Below are positions 1-13,343 of a DNA stretch of 64,000 nucleotides, piece after piece. The stretch covers positions 3,650,470-3,714,469 of the forward strand of contig MU053933.1 of assembly GCA_013239625.1 (NCBI GenBank). Direction: 5' to 3'. The translations under genes and the position numbers were made by a program. Below the pieces are notes generated by a model, which was not told where the DNA came from, made no database searches, and worked only from the letters and a program-made list of their open reading frames with translations. Position 1 is the stretch's first letter. The number at the start of each line of letters is the position of its first letter. The stretch comes from Lama guanicoe. Taxonomy: Eukaryota.

Positions 1-396
1 CTCCACCGTGGATACGGCTGACCCTTGCTGAGTGGTGGGAGGTGGTGGGGTGGTTCTCTCTAAGGTCCCTCCTGGCGTGGAAAGTGTGACTGAGTCTTGA
101 CTGTTGACATGTGGTGAGTGGCTGTGAGTGCAGACCTGCCTGTCCGCTCAGCACCTAAAAGCCTGTGCCCTCCTTCCTGGAAGCTCACAGGCGTCTCTGC
201 TGCTTGTCAGCACGTGGGAGGCGGCGCCCACGGCACGAGTGTCACTGGGACGTTCTCGTTTGCGTTTCAAGATGCAGTGACGCACTTTGCTCTCTCTTAG
301 CCGTGTTCTCACGTCCTGTTGCTCTGTTTGTGTTTCCCGTGGCTCCTCCCTGTCTCACTCGCTCTCGTTCTCGCTGGCCTCCTTTGTCTCTGTCAG

Positions 397-426
397 CCCA
401 ACAGGCTGGGAAAGCTGGCTGAGCAG
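397..426 (+). CDS. DIP2A: Putative 30-nt alternative in-frame exon of DIP2A (PNRLGKLAEQ)
   Basis: Long pyrimidine tract ending tgtcag|, then CCC AAC AGG CTG GGA AAG CTG GCT GAG CAG and donor |gtacga. Phase 0/0, in frame with the next exon (GTAGPDPTT). Confidence 0.7.
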
Positions 427-1147
427 GTACGACTTGACCTTGACCTTGACCTCGAGGGGCCTCTGGGCTTCCCGAGAGTTCATGGGCTCTCCAAATTAAT
501 GTGTTTCTTTTGCTGTCTGGCTTTGCGCACAGTGGGTATTATTTGACAGGTTACAAAAGCTTCTTTGTAACCAAATTTAAGAGCAAAACTATTTTCAGAA
601 GCATTTGACATCCATAACGTTGCCTCTAGGAAGGGCTGTGTTTAGTCTCAGTGAAGAAATGTTTGTTTTAACTCCAGGGCAGACATAGGTTACATTGTCT
701 GGGACCTTCAGAAATGCTGTTGGGCAGAGTGACCATTTAATTTACTGTCCCTTATCTAAGGAAAAGGAACATAATGTCCTTTAATCAGGATCAGCATCAG
801 GTGAGAGGAGAGAGTGAGGACATCGCTCCAGCCAGTGCCAGCAGGTCCTACAGGGCCCGCCCTGGGTAGGATTAGGCTGGAGAGAGCCCAGCTCGGTGGG
901 AGCGCCCAGACCCGAGTGGTGTTTTCCTAGCAGCCGGTGGGAAAGGGCGCTGTTGGGACTGACATGTGACCTTGTACAACTAGACACCTTTGTTCAGTGT
1001 TACTGGGGTCTCCCTCCCACTCATCCCCTGGTTGATGTTTGGACGGAGGGCAGACCCCCTCCCTGGGCCGTGCCCACGTGGATGCAGGTGCTCCAGATAC
1101 GGGCGAGAGCGGCCCCAGGTGGACGTTCCTCTGCTGCTCCCCTGCAG

Positions 1148-1209
1148 GGCACGGCCGGTCCCGACCCCACGACCGTCTACGTGGACATGAGGGCACTGCG
1201 CCACGACAG
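1148..1209 (+). CDS. DIP2A: DIP2A coding exon (GTAGPDPTTVYVDMRALRHD-R)
   Basis: ctgcag| acceptor and |gtaatg donor; translation matches the DIP2 C-terminal AMP-binding/acyl-CoA-synthetase-like region. Confidence 0.95.
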
Positions 1210-1732
1210 GTAATGCCCAGCTGGTGGAGAGCCTCCCTCTCCCCGTGTTCTTCATCGGCACCCTCACAACCAGGGGCGCTCACAGTGACCCAGCGTTTGG
1301 CATTTGGCTTTTTCTGGGGTGGAGGACAGGTGAGCCCACTACGGGGCTTGTTGACACACTCCTGTCTGGAGGCAGGACGTGGGCTTTCCATCAGAAATGT
1401 GGCCTGGGGGCCTGTGTCTTCCCAGCTTCAGGGCTGGGAACCGGTTCCCGGCCCCCAAACGTGGCCATGCTGCAGCTCGAGGGAAGCGGTGGCGGAGATT
1501 CAGGGGGGCGAGGAGAGAGGGCCCAGGGCGAGGGCCGAGGAAACGTGAAGCCAGCTCCTGCCGGCACCTGAAGTCACTGTTCCAAAGCCACAGCAAGGCT
1601 GTGGTCACTTGGCTGTTGTCAACAGACCTGCCGTCATGTGATAATTCCTGATCAGCTGATGAGGTGCCTTTTCGGAGATTGTTGCCTGGACAATAAATTT
1701 GATTCTGAAATCTTCCCCCTGTTAATTTTTAG

Positions 1733-1790
1733 GGTACGTTTGGTGGAACGAGGTTCTCCGCATAGTCTGCCATTGACAGAGTCTGGAAAG
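1733..1790 (+). CDS. DIP2A: DIP2A coding exon (VRLVERGSPHSLPLTESGK)
   Basis: ttttag| acceptor and |gtatga donor; phase fits both neighbours. Confidence 0.95.
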
Positions 1791-3393
1791 GTATGAGGGG
1801 ACTTGCCTCCGTATGTGTTTTGAGTTCTTTCTGTCTTATGTGGTCCCTGGGAGGCGCTCGAGATGAGCGCAGGCGCCCGCGATGAGCAGCAGGCGCCCGG
1901 GGTCTGGGCTGGGCTGACGCAGAGGCCCCCCACCCCACGCTCCAGGCCTGGCGGGGAGGACTGCAGGTGCACAGACCCAGCGGGGCCAGGAAGAACTCAG
2001 CCCCTGGTCCAGGTGGCAGCCAGGAAGTGGTCACCAGGGGAAAATGAGCCACCGGAGAATAGGCGTCCTCAGAGCCAGGAAGGGAGGATGGCGGTCAGAC
2101 CCATCAGGCAGTGCGATGAGGGGGCCTGAGGGGAGCCAGTTCACAGAGGGCGGGGCTGTGAGGCTGGACGCGCATGGCCCCAGCTTGTGGCCTCCCACAG
2201 CTCCGGAGCCAAGGCCGGGGTGGCCATGCCCACTCTACTCACGCTCCTGTGGCCACAGCTGACAATCCGGAGCAGGGAGGTGCCCAGAGAGGGACAGGGC
2301 AACAGGGGCAGCTCACGACAAGCCTGTGGTGAGTGCTGGGGGTGAGCACAGAGGAGCAGAGATCGGGGAGAAGTCTCAGCTGGTGCAAAGGCCCTGGGGC
2401 CACAGGGGCCAGTGTGGCTGGGGCTGATGGGGAGTGAAGGCTGTGGGCAGGAGGGCACAGACCCACAGAGAGGTGTGCAGGGGAGGCCAGCCACCCACTC
2501 CTGTCCTCCCTGAGCATGGAGACGCCCACATGCAGTTTGCAGCCCTTTTTGCAAACGTGGAATGTTTCCCTGTACTGTCAGCATCAGCGCACTTATGGCT
2601 CTGAACCCCTTTTTGATGGCCCCCACCGTGTTTCTGTGTTACAGTAACTCAGGCCTGACAGGTGTGGGTCCTGGAAGGGGCTCCAGCTTCAGGATTGGAG
2701 CCACACAGGGAGAGGCTGGAGGCTCCGGCAGCATCCAAGGGAACAGCATCGGGCAAGGGCATGGGGACAGTGTGGGAGAGGAGGGCCTGGCTCTGACCTG
2801 CACTGGCCTCCCATGGCTCTTCCTCCTGTCCTCCACCTACCTGGAGGGTCCCGTCGTCTCCTGTTTTACATGTGGGGAAACTGAGGACACAGACAGGTGT
2901 CCAGGTCGGGAGCAGCCCAGTGGGGGTCCTGGACCCGAGGCAGCCTCTCCTGGGTGGGGCAGGGAGCCTGTGCTCAGCGGCAGCCCAGCTCTGCATCTAG
3001 AGCAGGAAGGCCTCTTGGTGGTCAGGCTCCTGTCCAGAGCTGGGAGGCTCGGGGGGCCATGTGCATGGACGCCCCTGCACTCCTGAGCCCTGGCCAGGGG
3101 CCTCAGCGGAAGGCCCAGGAAGAGCACGTGCTTGTGGAGACCCTCCTCCCCTCTCGGCACCTAGCAGGGTCCATTCTTAGAAACTGGGTGATTTTACTAA
3201 AATTCACAATTTATTTTTATCTGGTGAAATCTCTCACCTCTGTTAAAACCCAGCCCAGGGTTAGGTTAGCTACTGGACCTCCTCATGCATGCATCATGTT
3301 GTGTCTTGTGGAGCAGCTTCCAAGGGCAGGGTTTCTCACGCATTTGAATCAGGAGGGTCTGCTGCCCTTGACGTGGAGCCGGTCTCCTTCCAG

Positions 3394-3468
3394 ATCCTCC
3401 CTGGGGTGAAGGTCATCATTGCCCACACCGAGACCAGAGGGCCCCTTGGAGACTCACACCTGGGAGAG
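3394..3468 (+). CDS. DIP2A: DIP2A coding exon (ILPGVKVIIAHTETRGPLGDSHLGE)
   Basis: ttccag| acceptor and |gtgagc donor; 75 nt, phase 0/0. Confidence 0.95.
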
Positions 3469-4763
3469 GTGAGCGGGATCCCCATGTGCCCCAGGAGCTG
3501 CTCCTGACCCTGCCTCCTTGCTGCCCCAGTTTCGGGGGTCGCACACGCTTTGAGGGACCTATGAGAAGCTGTCTGCTTATCCCTCAGCGTTTGTGCTCCT
3601 GGACCCAGTCCCTGGGCAGGATTTCAGGGTTCTCCCCGCAGATGAGCTCCCGACCCTGTTGCCCAACCTGAGCTGCAGGCACCAGGAGGCCCCAGGAGCC
3701 GCACAGAACCCGCAGCAGAGGAGGAAGCAGCCGTCCCTCAAAGGGCAGTTCTGGCCCTGACCCAGGAGCCGCAGCCCGAGGGGGCTGGCCCGGGGCAGAC
3801 TCGGAGGCTGAGAGAGAGGGAGGGGCCTCTTTGTCCTGAGGACATGGGGCAGGGATCCTTGTCCCCTAGGAGACAGGCTGCGCTGGAGTCATGGTGCTGA
3901 CCACCTGCATTTAGCAGGCGCGTCCAGAGTAACTTAGGACGGGGGACCAGGGAGTGGAGCGCAGGCCGTGGCCTCAGCTGTGGGCCCCGGGAACCCGTGC
4001 TCTGGCACCAGGTGGGCTCAGGGATCATGTGGGCTCTGCTGCAGGCGTACTCAGGGCGTCCACACGGACGCTGCCCAGGCTCCGTCTAGCCCGTACAAGG
4101 GTGTGGGCAAGCCTGGGGCCTCCCAGGGATGGTGCAGCGTCCGCTGGGGGGGTGCCCCAGCCCCAGGGCCAGGTGCGGTCGGTGTGGGGCATCTCCTCAC
4201 CACCCTTTCCCGGCCAGCTGGACCCAGGCCTGTTAGGGCAGCTGTGTGGCCCCAGGATGGTCAGGGTGGGTACACAGGCCAGGGCCTGCTCCTCGTGGTG
4301 GAAGGCCATGCTGGCCGCCCCGTCTCCTCTTCCAACGCTGCTTTTTGGAGCTGTCTTGAGCCCAGCACTCAGCATGGGGAACTGCCTGTGGGTCCCAGAT
4401 GGGCCCTGAGTTTAGGAGGACGCCCCGGGGGCCCACGACACTCTGGTATCAGGGACACATGTGTGGGGTCTCTCAGCCCTCACTCTCGCTGGCCCCATGT
4501 GGACATACAGGTCACTCCCAGGTCCTTCCTACTGTCAGTAGTCTGATGTGAGCCCATTCACGCTGCGGTCCTACAAACGTCTCTCCGGGGTCCGAGGAGA
4601 GGAATGCTTTCCTTGGAGGAGAAGTTACTTGTCTGCTTCCCACGCCTGTAAATGTAACTTAGCTCCAGACCCCTCCCCTGCCGTGTCCTGTTGTGTTGCT
4701 GCTGGGCCTCAGGACAGAGCCCAGCACTTGCAGTGACCAGCAGTCTTGTCCTCTGGGCCCCAG

Positions 4764-4938
4764 ATCTGGGTGAGCAGCCCCCATAACGCCACCGGGTACT
4801 ACACGGTCTACGGGGAGGAGGGGCTGCACGCCGACCACTTCAGTGCCCGGCTGAGCTTCGGAGACACCCAGACCGTATGGGCGAGGACTGGCTTCCTGGG
4901 TTTCCTTCGAAGGACGGAGCTCACCGATGCCAGCGGAG
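4764..4938 (+). CDS. DIP2A: DIP2A coding exon (IWVSSPHNATGYY...RRTELTDASG)
   Basis: ccccag| acceptor and |gtgagg donor; recognisable DIP2 sequence in ORF 4746..4961. Confidence 0.95.
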
Positions 4939-5379
4939 GTGAGGGCTCCTGGGCACGGTGAGCCTCTCGCTAGAGCTTGCTCTTCAGGTGCTCTGATGTG
5001 GTCCTCTCTGAAAATTATTCTTCCTCCCTTAACCGCTCCTGGATCCCAGCCTGCTGAGGATTGGGGTGCTGGCAGAAGGCTGTTGGGTCCTCCCCAGGCG
5101 GACCCATGGGCACATCTCACCAGCCATGTGTGGTGCTCTCCCCCCGTGTCCCCCCAAAATCGTGAAGTCACTTGGCCACAGCAGACCAAGCAGATCAGGC
5201 AGAGCTTTAGGAGCCCCTGCAGGTGCTGTTTTGTTTCCAGACGTGGTGAAATACATAATCACGCGTCGGCATAACCTCTGCTTCCGGGGGTGGACAGCTT
5301 GGTGGGGCCGCATGGCGGGGCTCAGTGGTCAACAGTGTCTGTGCACCAGCTCCCGGCTCCCACTGTGTGCCATCCACAG

Positions 5380-5503
5380 AGCGACACGACGCTCTCTATG
5401 TGGTCGGGTCTCTGGACGAGACGCTAGAGCTAAGAGGCATGCGCTACCACCCCATCGACATTGAGACCTCGGTGATCCGTGCACACAGGAGCATCGCCGA
5501 GTG
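5380..5503 (+). CDS. DIP2A: DIP2A coding exon (ERHDALYVVGSLDETLELRGMRYHPIDIETSVIRAHRSIAE)
   Basis: ccacag| acceptor and |gtgagc donor; lies in ORF 5325..5507. Confidence 0.95.
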
Positions 5504-6040
5504 GTGAGCACCCTCCTGGGGAGCCCTGGGGACCTCGGTCCCCACAGACCCTCCACTGTGGATGTGTGAGCAGCCCTGCCTCTCCAGGAGCAGACCCCAG
5601 ACACGCTCTGGGAATCACGTGCCGGAGACACATGGTTTGGGTTTCCTTGGCTTTTCCTCTTTTCCTGATCACTTTTAAACCAGGAGTCTGTCCTCAGAAA
5701 CACAGGCAAAACCTAAGAGCTCCAGTTACCCCAAAGCAATTCTGCTTTTAGCATGAATTTCCTAATTTACCCATGATTTCTCCAGCTTTGTGGGTAACTT
5801 GCATAGGGAAAGGTCCAGCTTTCAAAATCAAATAATACCCTAGATCTTTAGCGAGAACTTACTAGAAGAGATATTCCTGTAAGACACGTGTGAATTGTAA
5901 ATGATGTTGAACAGGAGGGTGGCATCGGGAGCAGACTCTGGAGTTTTCACTAGTCTCCAGCTGACACCGTTTCCCGCGTGTCCCTGGCCTGGAGCCTGTG
6001 TCCAGCCCTGTGGGTGACACCATCCACCTTCTCCCTGCAG

Positions 6041-6293
6041 TGCTGTGTTCACCTGGACCAACCTACTGGTGGTGGTGGTGGAGCTGGACGGGCTGGAGCA
6101 GGATGCCCTGGACTTGGTGGCCCTGGTGACCAACGTGGTGCTGGAGGAGCACCACCTGGTGGTGGGCGTGGTGGTCATCGTGGACCCAGGCGTCGTCCCC
6201 ATCAACTCCCGGGGGGAGAAGCAGCGCATGCACCTGCGGGACGGCTTCCTGGCTGACCAGCTGGACCCCATCTATGTGGCCTACAACATGTGA
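6041..6293 (+). CDS. DIP2A: DIP2A terminal coding exon (CAVFTWTNLL...DQLDPIYVAYNM*)
   Basis: ctgcag| acceptor; canonical DIP2 C-terminus LDPIYVAYNM, TGA at 6291-6293. Confidence 0.97.
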
Positions 6294-7900
6294 CTGCAGC
6301 TCCCCTCCTGGCCCTGGGGCAGGGGTTGGGACTAGTCACAGGGCTGGGATGCGTGGAATCGGCAGTGTCTGCGGTCACTGGGAAAGGGACTCCAGGCCCC
6401 AGGGAGCCCTGTGCCCCTTCCTCCCTGCTTACAGATCCATCTCATTTTAGAAACCACTTCCTGAATTATTCGAAGAAATAGTTTAATCATCAAGCACGTT
6501 TACAGAAATGGGTGTCTGTGTTGGAGCAGACGGGGCCAGGGAAGGGGCCTGGCATGGGCGCTGCGGGAGCTGCAGGCGTGGTTCTCTGCTGTATTGCCAG
6601 TTTGCACTTTTTTTTAGGCTAAAAATATAGTTTTTGATTTTAAAAATTCAATTATTTATTCCCACTTCAAATGACAAGTTCATATATAGCATTTCTGCTA
6701 GAAAGAACTTGAGGCCTGAGCTGCTTCAGTTCCATTCCACAGGGAGGCACAGAGCCCAGAAAGGCCGGTGGACAGGGACCAAGTCCTGGCTGCCCTTCTC
6801 ACTCTTGTGCCCCAGTCTGGACACTGGACACACACACGCTGCCTCCCTTGGAACAGGTGTGCCCAGCCGTCCACAGGTGTGGCTGTTTATCCTTGGCAGT
6901 GGCATTTTGGGGCCGTCAGTTTAGCTGCTCTGTGTTGGGAAGGTAGGCCACATTCAGGTTCAAACCACTTTCTGAGTTTCCAGCTTCGTGCTGCTCAGTT
7001 GAAGTGCGTGTTTCCACAACCATGGAATGAGCTCCTCTCACTGCACAGAAGTGTGCCGAGTTATTTTTATTCCCAGTCACCAGTGCAGGGAGGTGCCCGT
7101 CCTCCGTGCTGTCTGCTGAGGGCCCCATGGTGTGTCCAAGGGGCCACGGGAGAGCCTTGCCCCCTACCATGCCCATGTGTGGCCAAGCCACATTCAGTTG
7201 TTTCATTCAAATTTGACCAGATTGAGTGATCAAGTATTACAGTAAACTCAAATCAAAGAAGAGAGCGTGAAGTCCTTTAGGTACTTCTAGAGTGTGAAGT
7301 GAAGCTCGAATCTACGAGTATTTTTATATCATTGACGAGAAGTGTTGTAGAGTTTTGGGGACTGAGGGCAGGAAAGTCTGTGGATTGTGCACGCTTCCCG
7401 GAAGCAACCAGTCTTTCTGGAATTAGCCTGGGTCAGTGCTTAACGAAGCCGTTGTTCGTTCTATCCACTTTAAATTCTCCACCAGAAAGGTCTGGCTGCC
7501 CGGCCGACTCTCACGTCTGATTCTTACTTGGCTACAAGTGGCTCAGGCTCAGTAGCTTTGTGGCCTGCGGTGTGGGGTGTAACCACATACTGGAATTCAA
7601 ATGGTCCTTTTGTAATTATGTACAGAATCTGTGTGACTTAGTGTCTGACACACAGAGGTTCTAGCAGTGGACTAATGGACACTCCTTATAACAGAATGGC
7701 CGGCGGGGGAGACTACCCAACCCTGGTCTTAATGTTGTAGTTTTATAGCAAACAGATATTGTAAAATTTTTGTATTAAAAAGTCTGTGGCAGTAAGACAA
7801 AGTGTCTTGTAAATTAAGATTTTACGAAGCATTAAAATGTTTTAAAGTTACTCTCTGGGAATTCTGTATATCACACTGAAGTTTTTTATATCATTATGTT

Positions 7901-7906
7901 AATAAA
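7901..7906 (+). terminator. DIP2A: Probable DIP2A poly(A) signal AATAAA (3' UTR ~6294-7925)
   Basis: AATAAA at the end of an AT-rich UTR segment; ATTAAA variants near 7774 and 7831. Confidence 0.55.
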
Positions 7907-10359
7907 AGTTATTGACTGTAATTTTGAAATATGTGAAAAAAATTTTAATTACCCTAAATAGGATACATTATACATTCATCTTTTCTGAATATTAAAAAAA
8001 AAGCCTATGCTCACAGCATAAAATCTACAAAGCACATGATAGTGTAAAGAAGACAATGAAGTCTCCCGTGACCCTCCCTCTTGGTAAGAACAGCATTGGT
8101 ATTTGATGTAAATCCTTTTGAGGATTTATTTGTTCCTTAAAGAATTTTTACAGAATTAGAATCATACAGTTTTATAACCAGCTTTTGTACTTAAGAAATT
8201 AGACATCTTAATTTATGACACGCATTTTTCCACGTGTTTTAGCAGCTGCCGTGGGGGGACCAGGACCAGAGGCAGCGCCTCCTCACTTGCTGTGTCGGGT
8301 CGTTTCAGCTGCACTGCAAGGAGCCTCGTGGGCTTGCGTGCTCGCTGGCAATGCCTGCCCTGCCGGGGCGTGGCACCTGCAGGCTGAGTCGTGCCAGGCG
8401 TGGAGCTTTGGGTGCTGCTGCATGGAAGGAAGGGCCTCTTTGGCAGCCCGCTGCCCAGGCACTAGAGAAGTGAGTCCTTGCCAACTTGGAGGTCGTGTAA
8501 GTGTCTCGTCTGGTGATACTGAGTGTGTTCTCGGGTGTTTGTGGTCATTTTAGTTTCTCATCTTTTGTTCTGGCGGTTCTTACTGTGCTCCAGGGTTGTT
8601 TTTAGTGATTTGTAGGAGCCAGTTTATATTAAGAACCATAATTTCCATACTTTTTCTCAGGGCTTGTTTGTTTCTTGATTCCATTTAATTCAGGTTGTTT
8701 TCAAAATGTTCTAATAATTATATGCAAAGTCTTGTTACTTGTGCTTAATTTCAGATTATGAACATAGCTGACTTGTTTTAAAGTGATTCTGCTGGGACGG
8801 TCAGCACAACCCTGTGGGGGAAAGCTGCTCCCTGGGTTTGCCTAGTTCCTGCCGGAGTCTGCCTTCAGACCCGCCAGCAGAGGGCCGCTGGCGCCCGCGT
8901 CTCGCTGGCAGCGTGTGCTGTCCCCAGCTCGTGTGCGTGCTACTTGCTATGTACAGAAAGGAGAGAGAGCAGCATTTCTATCTGAGATCATTCTGCAGGA
9001 GTTTTGGGTCTTAATGGGTTGAGAAAGAAACACTTCAGTTCTGAACTGGATGCAGTAACAGTGTGGTAACACCCTGTGCAGCATTTGTCCTCTTTCGTAT
9101 GATGTCCATTGTCAGTAATGAAGAATTCTTGTAAGAGGTAACTACATGCAAAATTTCAAAGCCTCTTGTGCTCAAGAGGAATGGTCTTTAAATTGTCCAA
9201 GCAGGTGGCTGGGCTGCCCCCACCCTGCTGTGGGTGGTCTGAGAGAGAGCCTGCAGCCTCGCCCCAGTTGAGCCCACTCCCCTCCTCACCCTGACCCTCC
9301 CCCTGGTCTCCTGGAACCTAGCTCTGCCTTTTGACGTTTGGTGAGGCAACGTTTTTCATGAGTCTGTGAGGTGTTGTGAAAGTGAAGTTTGCCAAGGGCA
9401 GTGCAAGGTGAGGACTGAGAGGTTATTACTGGTTTTAAGTGCCAACTGAGAATGGAGTACCTTACTCCCCAGACTCTCAAATTGACTGAAGAAGCCAGAT
9501 ATCATGAATGTTCATTACAGATGCCACTTAAAAGCCAAATGTTGAAAAAGGGCCACAAGGGACTAGATGAAGCTTTGAGGAGTAGAGAGAGCGCAGATGC
9601 ATTGTCACCTGTCGTCACTCCAGGCAGCAGTGAGCCGGCCTCCAGGTGCCCCGACGCTGCGAGAGGCTGCAGACCGAGCCACAGGGGAAGGCCATCTGGA
9701 GGGTGCTGGGCCGATGGAGGGGACAGGAGCTCTAGGACAAGCAGCGTTTAGCATTTACACTGAGAGATAAAGAAGATCAACTGCTGGCAAGACGGCCCCA
9801 GGAACTCCATGAACATGGTAGCCAGTAAAACTGGTGAAGATTTTTTTTTTTAATTTTAAGATGTTGGAAATGGTCCTAAGAACATACAGTAAGTGAAGAA
9901 ACTTCTGTGCATGAAAGTTCAGTAAGAAAAGCAAGCGTCTGTTGTTTGAACTGAGACCGCTCCCGCCCGCCCACCTCCCAGCTGAGCCATGCGGACACTC
10001 CACTCCAAACAGGCCCAGCCAAGAACACAGGCTCCTGCCCCCAGTTACCTGTTGATGCTGCAGAGCTGGTGAGTCCTGTGAGGAGTGAGAGATTTCTTGC
10101 ATCCAGCCTCCACTCATGGAATGGAGCTACCTTTGGTCAAGTGCCTCTGAGAACACAGGGCCTGGTTGCACTTCCCAGCTCAAAGGGTGGTGGCTCCATG
10201 CCGGTAGAGGCAGGCGGGGAGGACCTCAGGCTACTGCGTGTTCAGTATCTAAAGCAGGGGTATCACTCAGAGAGACGTGCACCACTGTTCTCACCCCTGG
10301 GCCTGAACCCAGCTCAGAGATGCTGCCTGCTGGTAGAAGCAAGCTATAAAACAGACAGC

Positions 10360-11228
10360 TCCTCATATGAAAAGATGCTCAATATCACTAATAATCATAG
10401 AAATGCAAATACTACCATGAGGTATCACCTCACATCAGTCAGAATGGCCATCACTAAAAAGTCCACAAATGATAAATACTGGAGAGGGTATGGAGAAGCG
10501 GGAACCTTCCTACACTGCTGGTGGGAATGTAATTTGGGGCACCTATGGAAAACACTATGGATATTCCTTAAAAAACTAAAAACAGACTTACTTACCCTAT
10601 GATCCAGCAATCCCACTCCTGGGCATATATCCATAGGGAACTCTAATTTGAAAAGATACCTGCACCCGAATGTTCACAGAAGCACTATATATAATACCCA
10701 AGACATGAAACAACCTAATTGTCCATCAACAAATGATTGGATAAAGTTGTGATATATTTCCACAATGAAATACTACTCAGCTATAAAAAAGAATAAAATA
10801 ATGCCATTTGCAGCAACATGGATAGCTCTAGAGATTATCATACTAAATGAAGTAAGAGACAAATATCATATAATGTTAGTTATATGTGGAATCTAAAAGA
10901 ATGACATATGAACTTATTTGCAAAACAGAAACTGAGTTACAGACATAGAAAACAAACTTATGGTTGAGGGGGAGGAAGGGAATGGAGGGATAAATTGGGA
11001 GTTCGTAGTTTGCAGATACTAACTACTATATATAAAACAGATAAACAATAAGGTCTTACTGTACAGCACAGGGAACTATATTCAACAGCTTGTAAGAATC
11101 TATAATGAAAAAGAATATGAAAAGGAATCTATATATAACTGAGTTACTATGCTGTACACCAGAAACTAACACAGCATTGTAAGTATACTTCAATCAAAAC
11201 AAACAAACAAACAAACAAACAAAAACAG
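10360..11228 (+). mobile_element. 5'-truncated L1 (ORF2 C-terminus, 3' UTR, (AAAC)n tail)
   Basis: Translates to L1 ORF2 C-terminal motifs ([17 protein letters not shown]...HCWWEC); cetartiodactyl-type 3' UTR; A-rich tail. Confidence 0.9.
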
Positions 11229-11699
11229 GAACGTTCTCAGCTCTTCTCAGACTTCATTTGCACCAGAGCATGGAGAAAATTAATCATAAGGACATTCAAA
11301 AACAGTACAGTGTGGTAAAGGGCAATTGGGAGGAGATCCACAGATTCAGTGAAGATACAGGCTAAATTGCAGGCCAGCTAGTTTCGGGAGAACCAGGGAA
11401 AGAGACAGCTAGGAAGACCCTTCCTGGGGTTAGAACAAATCTCAAACACCGACCTTGGGACTATTTCTTCAATAAATCCTGAATTGGATCAAATTAAGCT
11501 ATAGAGCAATTTATGCCCCCAGAGCATTGTTGAAAACAGTAGAGCAAGCAGGTGGCAGTTGGTGGGTGTGGTCAGGAAAAGAGACTAGCCAGCCCTGCCC
11601 AAGCCAGTCACCCAGGTGACTTTAACCCGAGACTGCCCCTCCCTGGGGAGCAGCACCAGAAGCTCGGCACAGAGGGGGTGGGCGGGGGGAGAAGGGGAG

Positions 11700-11828
11700 A
11701 AAGAGGGACGCTTTATAATGATAAAAGGACCAATCCATCAGGAAGACCTAGTAATTACAGGTAAATATGCAGCTAACAATAGAGCACTGACATACACAGA
11801 GCAAAACCTGATAGAGACGAAAGAATGA
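11700..11828 (+). mobile_element. Old L1 ORF2 endonuclease fragment
   Basis: KEGRFIMIKGPIHQEDLVITGKYAANNRA resembles the L1 endonuclease segment KEGHYIMIKGSIxQEDITIxNIYAPN. Confidence 0.75.
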
Positions 11829-12852
11829 TGGCTGGAGGCCACACACACTTCTGTGATGGATGGAATAAACAGGCGGAGCATCCCCAGAGAAGTGGAGAAC
11901 AAGACGGGAGTTAAGAGCTTCAGGCTTCCTCCCAGGGATACCTTGTTCTCTCAGGGTCAGGATTTTGGAAAGTTCTAGAATCTCAGAAGAGCTCCATCCT
12001 GGCCTTTTAAGAACTAAGAAAAGTGCTTGCAGGCATGGGCTTTGTTCCAGTTGGACATGAAGCCAGAAGGAGTTCCAGTGTCTGTGCATCCAGGAGCTGC
12101 TCGGCCTTTGAGGCACGGTTTCCTGGTTTCCCGTTATTAACTTGGTATTCTAATTTGGCTGTGATCTGAACAGCTTCCTGCGGGCAGGGTGATGGATCAG
12201 AAGCGCGCTGTCTGAGTTGCTGCCCTTGGGTCCGTTCCACTCTCTCATGTGTCTTGGTTTCTCCCTCCGACAGCCTAAAACCACCGTGGGTGCTCAGGGC
12301 ACTCGGTGATCAGCCTAACCCTGCCCCACAGGGAGCATCACTTACCTAATGGTTCTAGTGAGATCCACCGTAGGGCCGCTTCCCTTCTGGAGGACTGATC
12401 CTCAGACACTTCTGCTAGGTTCTCAGTCACCTGACAATGCCTTGTGGGCGGAAGAAGATGTTCCTTTTTCTTTGGACCTGACCAGGCTCAGTCTCTCATT
12501 TTATGAGCAATTTATTCAGGCCATATGTATGTAATCTTTCCAATTTAATCCAATATTTTAAAAAGACAGCCAACCCAAGTCACTCCAAAGTTCCCCCTAG
12601 GTCCCTGCCCAGGAAATGTACCAGTATCCCCTTAGGATTCCAAGTCCCAAGAAATACAGCTCAAGTAAACTTCAGGACGTCAGTTAAAGCAGTGATGTCT
12701 GGATATCAGGAGAAAGCACCAAAGCACCTGAGGAGTACTGAGAGGCGGGTGGGGCTCATAGAGCCCGTGCTGGTACCGAACACTGGTTTGGGACAGACTC
12801 CAGGTGTCCTCTGGTGGGTGTTTCTGATACCCTGCTGACTAAGCCAAGAAAG

Positions 12853-13338
12853 TGTTGATGAAATGCAACTAACTATCAAGTTAACAAGGAAAAAGGGAGT
12901 ATTATTTGAGCCAGACTGAGGGTTATAACTCAGGAGACAGATTCTCAGAAAGCTTTCAGAACTCTTCTGCCTGTTAGAAGTCGAAGGTGTAGTCGTATTA
13001 TACAATTTTGACACAAAGGATCATATGTCAAAATGACACACTATTTTACACAAAGTTCACCAGGATACATGGTCCAGGTGAGCACGTGCAAAGTGAGCAG
13101 CAGGTCACCACAACCCCCTGCAGAGCAGGGAAAGAGCCCTATTCTTTTAAGAAGTTACAATGCTAGCCTCAGAACAAAGGAAAAAATGATCTTTGTGGTG
13201 GAGCAGGGGCCCCCACTGAGGAGCTCTGGCCAACGTGTGACACAGATGCACACGAGAGAGGGAGGGAAGGGCCCAAACAGACACAGAATTTTAAGTTTAA
13301 CTTTTCTTGCCCTGCCGTAAAATATAAATTTTATTTCA
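12853..13338 (-). mobile_element. Solo ERV LTR, same family as 31534-32175
   Basis: TG...CA ends; colinear similarity to 31534-32175 (gccagactgagggttata vs gccaaactgaggattata; ctcagaaagct; taaattttatttca vs tgaattttattttaca). Confidence 0.7.
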
Positions 13339-13343
13339 CCACC

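Noticed and set aside
1776..1778. Thr in DIP2A LPLTESGK where I recall Met in human
   Set aside because: The position appears to vary among DIP2 paralogues; nothing points to a functional effect.
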